Assembly (NCBI GenBank): GCA_040954595.2
Contig: CM082576.2
Location: forward strand, 15,795,028-15,859,027
Source of the DNA: Balanoglossus misakiensis
Taxonomy: Eukaryota; Animalia; Hemichordata
Reading direction: 5' to 3'
DNA length: 64,000 nucleotides
Shown in pieces: positions 29,301 through 41,300 of this stretch. The position numbers and the translations under genes were made by a program. Numbering within the stretch: the first letter of the stretch is position 1; each line of letters starts with the position of its first letter. The notes under the pieces are model-generated. The model was not told the origin of the DNA. It saw only the letters and a list, made by a program, of their open reading frames with translations, and searched no databases.

Positions 29301-32300
29301 CAACAACACAAATTCAGAATACAACACGGCAGTTTGGTACGTCGTCTCTATATCCTACACCGCTAATTCTCATCTCAATCGTCTCTCTTCGCAATACGTC
29401 GATTCTCTAAAAGAAAGTTCAACAGACGGATACACTGCATTCCGCGGAACTAGCAATTCAGTGAACGTCTCTGCTTCAAAGGAAAATACCGACCTGAAGT
29501 GGGGGGAACCCAGTCCGTTCAAGCGTAAATGTCCCGGTCAGAAGGTAACTACGAGCTTCGTAGAGCAGCATTCGACACGCTAAACAACTCTCGTCGTTTG
29601 CAACATGCCATTTTTTTCCAAGTCCACGTTTAGTCGGACAAACGATTTCTGACGGTTCGACAGACGGTGGGTATAGACACGTCTGCTTGCGAAAATTCCG
29701 CCAATTTTTGTTGAATTTCTTCGTATGAAATCGAAGGAGTTTGTCGTTTTAAATACTCGATATATTGCTCTTCATCATTACGAAGTTTCCTTGGTTGTCA
29801 GTGCAAAACATCCTCATACAAGGTTCAGAGTAGACTACAGACAATCTCACAGTGGGATTACGAACGTTTGAAACGGTAACTTTGTTGCAAAATAAACAAA
29901 GTGCGGTATTCAGTTTCATGAACTTAGACGTTTTTTCTTATCGTGGGAGACGTTTATTTTATTACCAGAGAACAAAGAATTTCCAAGCTATTTTGAAATT
30001 GGTAGTACTTGCATCTTGTGCAAATGAATATACCAGGATCGCCGTCATAAATTTCGAAAGTTATAAGGTACATTGTATGTATATGTCAAATATCATCGCG
30101 TCATTGTTTAGGCTAAACTTTCAATCCTACATGTACTACAGTATCGTGAACAGTTGTGTGAAATCTATTCATACATTTCTCAGAAGTGGGAACTAGAACG
30201 TGCGCGTACATGTCATAATGGCTTCGATACGCCTCACAAATTAATGATCTTGCGTTTCGAACGGACTTGTCATGACGGGTGGACAAAGTTAAAGCCCCAC
30301 ACAACCAGTTATGTAATGTTTATTTACATGTATGCCATTTCTCTAAGACGCTTTGACAAAATGTAAACATATGTACACATGTATATCATCCTGTATTAAC
30401 CTTATAAATAGTAGAGAAGTTAAAAGGAGTTAAAATTACAACACAGTCTGTATAGCACCGTCTGTTTGTCATTAATGATTTACGTCATTACCTGTCATAT
30501 TGTCCATCTCCGCCAGCCTGTGCACTTTTCCTAATGGCGTCTGTTAGGGCAGAACCACAGTCTATATCAGTGACATCAGCGAATGCAGTTTTCTTGAACA
30601 GTTGGTACATCTCCTCGACTTCTCCTTCGTCACTACCAGCATGCTCGATGCACCATACTTCCCCCAAGTCTTGGTCTCCTTCACATGCCTGGAAGGACGC
30701 TTTGGCAATCATCTCTGTGACACCATCAAACTGCATCACATGTTTCATGTATGCATCGAATTCTTCTAGATTTATACCGGATCCCTGTGAATGCGATCTG
30801 ACAAGGGCACTCCTTTTGGCGCTATCTATGCATCTGCTGATGGCATCAACGAGATAGTAATTGTTGACTTTGCTTACAACCAGCAGCAACAATTCGTGGG
30901 TGTCGTGCGGAATTGGACAATCGCGTGCATTGTTCTTTTGTGGCAACATGCATGCCAGCTGTCCTCTCATCAGGTTTATTTGTCTGATGGTGTAGTTATT
31001 GAGATCTGGGTGGTCAAGACGAGCCTTCCTTATGATGGATTTCCACTGCCCAGTGCAATCCTCCAGAAATTTACCTATTTCTGGGAGCACTTTTAGTGGA
31101 TCTCCATCAAATGTGTATGGGTCAGATTGACCTACAGAAATGGTAACAGAATGGTCGCCTTCAGGCCTGTCACCACAGTATATATCTGCTTCCCACTGGG
31201 TGTAATACAGGTCACCAGCATCTGCCAGCTTTGCTACGTTACGAGTCATTCGCATGACCTCTTCTATCATCTGAACACAAAGAGGGATTGATAGGAAGGA
31301 AATTGTATCAATGTTTTAATTTAAAGCATATCAGTAGAGTACTGTCTATGGTCGAATAAACCTTTCCCAATTATATTATAACATGATACAATGGTAGCAA
31401 GCTAAGTAATTTTTAAGTGATTGAAGTGGTTGGTCTGTTTGCATCTTCCTTAGCCAAGGTGTGTATATCGGACAGGGTTGCCTGCTGAAATATATACCTT
31501 GGCCTCAGGGCCATGATGCTTCATGTACGCTATTATTAAAGATGGCGACGTGTACGGACTTCGAACATGAGCTTACCAAGCGGATGCGTGAACGCTGTGA
31601 TTCGTCCAAACGTTTTTAGCTTCAGATTAAATCGAATTGCATAAAGGATGTGCGCTCGGGAGGCTAGGGAGACTGTACCCAGGACAATTGCCAAGACGTG
31701 CAGACTGGACGGTGGTCTTTTAAAGGAGTCTTTTTTTATGCCCTATGCTAGAAAGGTGATGACTATGTATGTAGTGATCACAGTCCCGTCGTTTTCTTCT
31801 GGTATTGTGGCGAGTCATAGATTAAGTTTAATGTAAGGATGTAAGGAAAAATAGTTACACACTGTGCTGGTATTGAACTTACGAGAAGGAACCTGTCAAC
31901 TTCTTTGCTCCTCAATGGTGTATCTGCCTTCTTGGAAAGCAACATCACTCTACTGCTGAGGTTGTTGAGATCACTCAGGGACCACTTTTGCACAACTCTG
32001 TCGTCTCCACTTTTGTGTTTACCACTCACGGTATCAACTACTTCAAGTCGAATGTGCTCCTCCAGGCCTTCATCAAGAGAAGTGGGTGCTGTTGTCCGAA
32101 AACGACCACACTTGTTGATCACCTCAACCTGCTCGAAGCACTTGATTTGAGAATGGTCAAGCACATCAAGACGACTCATCAACCAAGGCCGCTGATTTTT
32201 ACTTAGCACCTGCAGTCGAAAACACAACAAAGTTCTATCAATTTAGTAAACCGCAGGTGGGCACTTCAGTAACCTGTCAGTATTAAAGTAAGTCATTATA

Positions 32301-35300
32301 TTCTAAAGATGAGTAAGTATGATCCAAAAACGTCAATGAAAATTTGCAGATATAGCAGTGAAAGTACCAGCAAGAAAATTGCAATACAATTCCATGGAAT
32401 AATGAAACATATACACACACTGCAGTAAACAATCATCCATTGAATGATACAACCTTAGAAGGGAGCATGCCCTGTCACATGCATAACACGCGTTAATTTT
32501 ATATCAAGATGTGATATTAATATCATAGCTGTACAGTGCATGTTACCAAAATGCACTAAATAATTTATCACAACCAACCCATTCTGTTCGGATTGAAGTT
32601 TGTTTTAACACCACTCACTTCAATTCAAAGACTTACCAAGTGGTTTGGCAACTGTTCGTCTGCAGTTAATGATTCCCATACGAGGCAACATTTGTCTTCA
32701 AACTCCGACCATCCTGCCTGTAGTGGCAGGTCTACAAGTAGTGGTTTATATCCATTGAGAGCAGCATGAAATGTGGTTATTTTTCCCATATCGACATCAT
32801 TCTCTTCTACGGTCATCAGAAGCAGACGAATAAAAGACTTCACTTGAGAATCATCTGATGGAGGGAATTGTTCTTAGATTAGTGCAATTTATTAATTTGT
32901 CAAGAATCACGTGCACGTCAACAGAACAATTGCAATGTTATGCCATATAAAAACATATTTATGATAAAACAGCGTACCTTTCATGACCTTTCTGATCCAT
33001 GGAATCAAGTCTGCACTGTCGGATAGTGCCTTCAAACAGTCTCGTTTATTTTCATCGAAACCACACAAGGTTTTGCTTGTGTTCAACACTTCTTCTGTTA
33101 TGCACGACAAAGGCAGACTCTTATCGTTTTCCTGCAAAAGAAAAAAGCAAAGAAAAGGGGGATTTTGGCAAATGAGTGTTAGGCAAAATATTTATTCATG
33201 CGCATTAAACATATTTTGTTAACTCAGACATTGTCTTTTAAATAAACACATTCCCAATAAATTAAAAGCGTATTTAACAGTGAAGCGGCTAACTCTTTAG
33301 TAGCAACGGTTATGACCCCATTCTTGTATATGTCGCATTACTTTTAGTACACGTTTGTTTTAATTTACATACGCATTTTGTAAACCTGAAGTATAAATTT
33401 ACCGAAAACTCTACCGAAGTTTCTTGAAGTTTTCAAACTGAAATGTAAGCAATATTCAAATTAATGTTTCTTTCGGCCAGTCTCGCCTGGTGTAGTATGT
33501 TAGTAGGGTATACTTAATCATTCCTTGCACCAAGTACTACAGCTGAGCAGTAGTTCAAGACTACCCTATTGTACTTTTCATTTCTGGTCATACTTATGTT
33601 GGCCTGATATCGTCTTTACCTCACCTTAAATGATAATTGTTATTACTGCACCAGATTCGATGTCAAATTCCAACTAACTAACTATAGCCGATAGCTAACG
33701 CTAGCGTGCATGTAAACATAATTGTATTCAACATACCTGTTTCACAATCGCTACAAGGGATTTGAAATCCCCTCTTAACGACAGGACATCACGGCATCCC
33801 AGAACAACTTTTGCAGCAGGAACAGCCTGATCGAAGTTGAGGCATTCATCGACAGTGGCAGCAAAGTTGGCAATGTAATCTGTGGAATATGTCGACCATT
33901 CTACACAATTGAGGAGGGCAACCAGTTCCTTGCATAGGCTGCCGTCGGGCTCTTCGTGGGGATGTTTGAAGTAATAATGTACTTCTGCAAGGCTGATTTC
34001 CTTCGTTGTAATATCTTTCACCAATTTAAACAGTGTATCTTTGACCATGTTCCAAAGCTTCACGCCTTGATCTTCAAATGTGACTTTGGGACTCTCTTCA
34101 CCGAGGCCTTTACTCCAGGTTCCCTCGTGTTTTCTAAAGATTAACTGGGCAATGTAGTGCTGTGGTATACAGTGAACAGCGTGGCTTACATCATTTGGCA
34201 GGATGTCAGTCTTCAGTGTTGGTTGGTAATCTCGCAGATCAAATGGCTGCTTGCTTGGAAACACTTGGACATCGCACACTGTATCGAGGGCGCATTCCGG
34301 GTTACCAAGTTCCTCTAGAGCAGTAGTCAGAACTGATGTGTCGACTAAAATTTAAAAAATGAAATACTGCGTATCAGTTTAGTTTTGATCACAAATGTGA
34401 TTTGTCTGAATTATTCAGTCATTATTTAATTTTTCAGGGCCACTTCTGAAACTGGGCACAGTAGTCGGGACCACTGCTGTAGGGTTGTGCATCCAACCCG
34501 TGATTTTTAAGTATTGTCACGTGAACTTGTGCCATTGTGCCGATATTGGATTTCCATACAAATACGGAAATAATAATGTTTGCGGTGTATTCACCCTGGA
34601 ACATTTGCGGCTAGCTCTGCGTGGCAGGGCTGCGTGCTTATCGCCCTAAGACATGTGCAGCCCTGCAACGCAGAGCTAATTTGCGGTCATTGTTGTAAGA
34701 TAGACCAACAAATTGTCCCGTCTAAATCGCAAAAAATCGTAAAGACAACCAGAAGAGGACGAAGTTTCACATAGTTCTGTTGTCGAAGGCAGCCATCTTG
34801 ACCCGTATAAGGTCAAAGGTTGGCGAAACGCTAAGTATCGATGTAGGCCAGGACTGCGCCAAACACAATGTGAATTCGCACCAAGGATTATCTTATCTTC
34901 TCGCAATCATCGGGATTAGCCATGGGACTAGATTTGAACCCAGTATAAAGCTCTCCACTGAAGTAATAGATTTTATAAAGGATACTAACCTCTTGTGCTC
35001 AGTTTGTTGCAGATGTCGAGTGTATTGTGTAGTTTCTTTGGTAGCTGATGTACGAGGAGTAGCTCTTTCTGCCTTATGTCAATGCACGATTTGAGGTCAT
35101 CTAAACTGAAGTTAGGACGGTTGCATTCATCAAACCTTTGAAGAACGTTTGAATAATGAATGAGATCATAGAGGCTATCCATATGTCCTTCTTTACAGAT
35201 AGTCTCAAGAAGGGTCACTTCAATATGACCGTTCAAAAGTAATCTCACCAATTCTTCAATGGTGGATATGATATGTTCAACACATTCTTGCACATCTTCG

Positions 35301-38300
35301 GTAAGGGTGTTTATTTTCGACTCTGCAAAAAATATCCAGTTAACGTCAAACTAAGGGAACGACAATAATTGTTGTGTCATGATTGCCATGTTTTCCATTT
35401 CCAATCTATAGACAATTGACATATATAAAATCAAACAATGTACAGTAATGAACCTACTGAACTACAAACAAGGACGTGTGCACAAATATGAACTTACTGA
35501 CCTATAATGACAAGGCACTTTGGCCACAGTTTTCTTTGAAGAAGACACCCGATCTTTTCCTTTAGAGTGCCACCTGAAGCTTGATAGGGCCAGTGTTTGG
35601 ACATCCACACCAAAAACAGTTTGACGGATCGTTCTCCAGTCCCCTTTTCCACAAATTTCGAAAGGTTCTCTTCAGTATCCTGTAGAATTATAATATTTGC
35701 ATAGAATCTTTCACAAATAGAAATAATCAAGACAAATTTACTTTGCAATGCTATTAGATTAGAATGGGGAACAAGACGTAAACGGTAAATAATATCTCCG
35801 GTGGGAATGTCCTACAAGCGCTTGTTGACATTCAAGAACACATATTGCACGCCATTACACCATGCCATTTCGACCATGCAGTTGCAAACTAGACTCGTGA
35901 CGGTATACGGGATAAAGGTATGGGGTGTAACATTTCAGAATGTCCGTTATTTCTATGTTTTTTTCTGCTTGATGATTTGCTGCATGGCATAAACCATAAA
36001 ACCCCTGTCGATAAGATAATCAACATTGTTTTCTACTCTTCTCTGTCCATAGGAAGAGAAAAGGTGGTGTCAAGTAAGGCGCACTTACGACAAAATAACA
36101 ATCGCCTGGCCTTTGATAGACCAACCGACTTGAATTCGGACGAGATAAGGTCACACGACAACAAAACGACTGTCAGACTGCAGACAGACTAGGGTTCGTG
36201 CGTTATTTCTTCTTGTAGAGTTAAGTACCTGTACAAACACTGTACTAACCTCTTCATGGCTTTCATAAAGGGCAAACACTAATTCTTCAACAGTTTGATG
36301 AACAGCTGTATTTAACTTCACTGATTCCAGATCTATGTACATCCTGTGCAGAGCCTCAACATTTGACTGTGAATACAAATTTGAAACCTCATTATGCCTT
36401 CTACTCCATACACGTCTACATGTAGAACGCCGACGAACACAGAAAATTTAAGTGAGCTAGCTGGGAAAATAAAGTTAAAACACAGAGCTGTCGTTGCTCA
36501 CTCTTTTTCTCGCATCGTCATCGACCGGCACATTTCATAGATTACTTTCTCCCATTATATTTATGTCAGAAAAAAAAATATTGAAACATACATTGGCGAC
36601 AATAACTACATTGCACATGTATTGCGAAGTTATCTTAAAATAGAAAATAAAGTACCGGTAAACGAGACTTCAGTAACACCATCGTCTTCTCTGTCCAATG
36701 GGCCCAGACTTCTTCGTAACCAGTGTAATTGATGTCGATGTCACACATCCGCGACCAGATCTGTGTTGGACAAATAAATTGCGTTATATGCAGTGGCATG
36801 AAGTACCATATCGGTTCAATGATTGTGAGAATAGAGCCAAGTATATGTAGAACAGTAAAACCTGTCAATTAAGGACACCTCTGAGACCAGAAAATATATC
36901 CTTAATAGAGAGGTGTCCTTAATAGACAGGTGATATTGTATTCAAACAGGGACTTATGATTTGAAAAATGTGTCCTTAATAGAAAGGTGTTCGTAATGAC
37001 GGGTTTCACTCTGCATATTTTCCACTGTGCATTCTTTCCTTGTATCTAGGATTAGTTGCTGCCGGTCACATATTGGCGAATTATATAATTCATGTGCTAA
37101 TATTCTACTTGCCAAAAGTTCTTTCTTTTGATCACATTCTTTTGTTGGCATTCTTTTTTCCAGTGTTTGGCACAGTAGATACGCAAGGGTAATACTAAGC
37201 AGAACGACATCAGTATTGATATCCGCTTCGCGATCCCGTTTGGTTTTCTGATGTGGTAATATCTTCAGTGCAACGAACAAACGGAGTGTGACATAGTCCT
37301 TCAGAGCAAATATATTTGTTGAATTGAATTCAAAGGCTTCTTTTGGGTTGCTATTCAAGCCATAGACTATATCTTGCATGTACTGAACCAACAGTCTCAC
37401 CATGGCATACGAAGCATTGGCGTCTCTTATAGAGTCTGTGTTGCTCTTCCTGTGTGATGAAATCAGATTATGAGAATATTCTGTACATGTCATAAGTTGT
37501 ACAGACAGGAAAATTATTACACCTTTGTAACAATCCCAAAGCTTCTAAGGAGACACTGTATACTGGCATGCAAAATTCCCCACGATGCCTTGTTGAAATA
37601 TTAGCTGTAACTGATTAATAAACACAGTTAACAATACCCTTTTCCATTGTTCATGTGTATACTATGATCCAAGTGACATATAGTTCCATAAAGGCTGGGA
37701 GGATTTTTTTCTTCCTGTGTTATATTGTATGTTTAAGTCTGCAAACTCAAACATTAGCAGAATTATACTGTAAAACTCTTGCATTAGGAGGATGTTAGGG
37801 ACCGTTCAGTTTTTACGGCCGGGGGGGGGCCCGGCAAAATCCAGGGGGGGGTCACTTAAATTTTGAAGTCCACAAGGGGGGGTCATCTGTTTTTTTTAAA
37901 CGTTTAGGGGGGGTCACATACTTTTGCCACCAAACTTTTGCTTTTGAGTCCACAAAATTGCAGTTTCGCGCCCTTTATTTAACAAAATTTTCTCATGTGG
38001 GAGGGGGACACCCCCTCCTACACCCACCCCCTTCATTCTCCGCCACATTTCATTTTTTGCTGGTTTGTCTAAAGTACCAGGGCAGAGTGCTTGCCACCCC
38101 AACCCCATCGATGATAATATTTAACAAAGTGAATACATAAAGGAGAATACATGTAATTGTTTAAACCATTTTGCATAACTGATAGTTTCGCGCTGCATCT
38201 TCTACATGTATATACTAGAAGTTTTATAAATGATGTCATGACAAGATGACGTCAAATCTTCTAACTTTGAGTGGAGTGGCAAAAAGTAAAATTGGTCCAA

Positions 38301-41300
38301 CCATACATTGAGATAATTTGCTTTTGAGTTCATTAAAATGCAACTTTGCGCTACATATTTTACAAAATTTTCTTATGTGGGAGGGGGACACCCCCTCCCA
38401 CGCCCACCCCCGCCACTTTTCTTGTTTTACCAATTCTAGCAACTATTGGATTGACTTGTCATTTTTATTTGTTCATAGATTTCTTTATTGCAACGATATA
38501 CTATTATATACTTCAATAATACTTTAAGAAATATATAATTGAGGTGTGAGGAGCCTCATTCCCTTTATTGCATACAGTGTACATAGGATCAGGACGGCGA
38601 ATGTTTTGGGCGTGGGGCGGGGGGGGGGGTCATCATATTTTTGGGTCTGTCAAAGGGGGGGGTCATCATTTTTTGGTCCTGGGTGGAGGGGGGTCGGCCT
38701 GATTTTGAGAACCGATGACACAAACTTGCCAGCCCCCCCCCCCCCCTGCCGTAAAAACTGAACGGTCCCTTAAGACAACCACAGAAGGCCTGGTTTGGAA
38801 GATTTTTTATAAATAAAACTACAGTTATAAATATGGCCGGGTATTACTTGCATTGGATAATTTCAGTGTTAAATTTCCCTACAAATCACATGTTACATTA
38901 TTGTTCATTGTGTTCAATCTTTGATATTGGATGCATTACATTGTTTGAAGACTTCAGCGGGCCGCCCCCTAGTGTCAGCTGTGTGAGGGAAAGTCCCCCC
39001 AAGCTTGAACTTTGACATATAGGTGTCTAACATGGCCGCTGTTAGTGTTTTACTATATAGGTAAGCACTCTCTTCGTAATCAGTTATTTTCTGAGTCGTA
39101 ACCGAGCAATCAACCCTTGAGATATGCATCGATGAGCTATTTGAGAACTAGTGATAGCTGTTGTTGAGTTGATGTTGATGATCTTAGACGATTGAGTAGT
39201 TATTTGTGAAGTTGAAAAGTTGTGTATTTTGGTATTGTACCCCTTTGACATATAGGTGTCTATTATGGTCGCTGTTTGTGTTTTACTATAGAGAGAAATA
39301 AAGGCACCGAGACCGCTTTGTGCGGGCACCTCCGGTTACCAACGTTCCTAAGATAAATACGGCGGTCGGCGTTTGTTGTTGTGCTGTTGACGAGTGCGTC
39401 GTGTCTCGCGGGGCCCCTAATCTACGGCCACCTTTCTGTCTGCCTGCAGTCCGCACCGGGGAGCAGTCAGGTACGCACGCCCATCCGGCAGCCCTATGTA
39501 CCCATAAGCGTCCGAGCCCCACCGCTACATAAAGTATGTGAATTATGTGTTACTCACCAGGTCCCAATCGATGACAAACACTTTTTCGAATTATCCGTAA
39601 GTCTTTCAATGGTATTCTGCATAGGACCATCAATCTGTAAACATAGAAAGAAAGTACTGCATTTTAAGTTAGTGCTTCAAAGTTGGTTTCCAATCTGAAA
39701 ATTAAATTGACCACTAGCAAATCAGGACAAAAGAGAAAAAATATGGCTTCTTTTCGGAATGATACAAATAGACATGCTTTCACATAAAACACTTGGGCGG
39801 AAAGAAGAACGAATCATTCTTAAAGACACACCATTTCAAACTTGCCCAAAAACATTCTCTACGTTTCCATTGCAATTTCGACAAAAATCCTGTCCACAAC
39901 TGGCATTCCCAATAAGAAAATACCTTTGGCAATTCACCCTTGCTGATACCAAGAATAAGCCTAGCACACACAGCATACTCTGGAAGGTGTTGGTGAGTTG
40001 CGATTTCTTCGAACAGTTTAGAACGGGTGTCGACCAGGAACATCAACGAGCGTGGTAACATGTCATCCACCTTGTTAACAGGCACCAACCGTAATAGCAC
40101 ATCCAGGAATTCCCTGTGTTATGTGGAATGGGGATGTTGAAATAAGTTAGCTCATTTTAACTTGATTAAATGTATACTATGTGAGAACATTCTTTATATG
40201 TAAGATGATGATGCTAGATATAATTACTGACATTAAGCTGTTGGGGTGAGTTGACTAACAGTTCTCTAAATAGCAGTAAGTTTATGGTTTTTTTAAACTC
40301 CGAAGACACTAAAGCTTTTGTGCGCGCTAGCCCTGCCCAACGGTCAACTTGACGACCTATTACTCCTTTAACCATTCAGTCTTTAACCACGCAGTATCTG
40401 TCACTCGCAAACCAACCAGTGTCACCTACATCTGCTGAAGTAAGGCATACCTGTTTACCAAGCTAACTGCTAACAGCATATGAACATGTACCGTAACGAT
40501 ATAGTTATACAACAGTAGGTGGACATAACAGGACCTCTATATATGTATTTATCGTGGAATTTACATTTTTCAGTGTGTATCATTCATGGCCACGGAATGG
40601 TAACGTCTTTCTAAGGCAAATTAAATTGATATGTTGCTTGTCTTAAGCCATACACTTCATTGTTGTGCCAATTCCTCACTGATGTTACATATTGTCTGAC
40701 GTACTAGCATGTTTCCATGAATCCATGAAGCTAAGGAACCAAACGGTGACTTTACCCTTTATTTTCTGGTTTCGCAAATTTGGAGGTCAGTTCCCTGAGT
40801 TTCTTCGGTTGCAAACCTTCTAGTCCCCACCATGCTTGGTTTCTAACGTCCTCGTGAGGAACCTTGTCTATCTTGTCAAGCGAATCGTGGCTGCGCTCGA
40901 TCACATGTTTAACTGGAAGGCAGTATATCCAGTCAAGGTTTCCATGTTTGAGCAGGATGTTACAGAGTTCCGTGACGGCTGCTTTGGCGTATTTTCTGTT
41001 AGGAACAGATAACAATGAAGCTCCATTTGATATGAGTTCCATATTAACGTCAATAACATTATTTATAGACAGAGAAACAACACCTTTCGTCTATTTTGCA
41101 TTCTCTTTGCTAGACTTGTCCATCACTCTATATATAGTTACGTACAGGATTAAAGTGTTTCTTTACTTTATGGTTTTGGACCCGGAGTTCATTGTACTAA
41201 TGTCCTCACATGTACAAGTCCTGTCTAACTGATAATAGGAAATAAACACAGCTACCTATTTTATTTTTAAAATAATTGTATTTGAAGTAGATTGTTATTA

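Noticed and set aside
29087-29410. ARICHK...DAVQTLP resembling a THAP domain fragment
   Set aside because: The N-terminal CxxxxC and the HF motif are missing; too weak to call.
33480-33565. tRNA-like A/B box sequence
   Set aside because: No cloverleaf can be built; at most a decayed SINE head.
36954-37112. Apparent premature stop suggesting the RNF213-like gene is a pseudogene
   Set aside because: Resolved by a GC donor at 37112; the stop lies in an intronic MITE.
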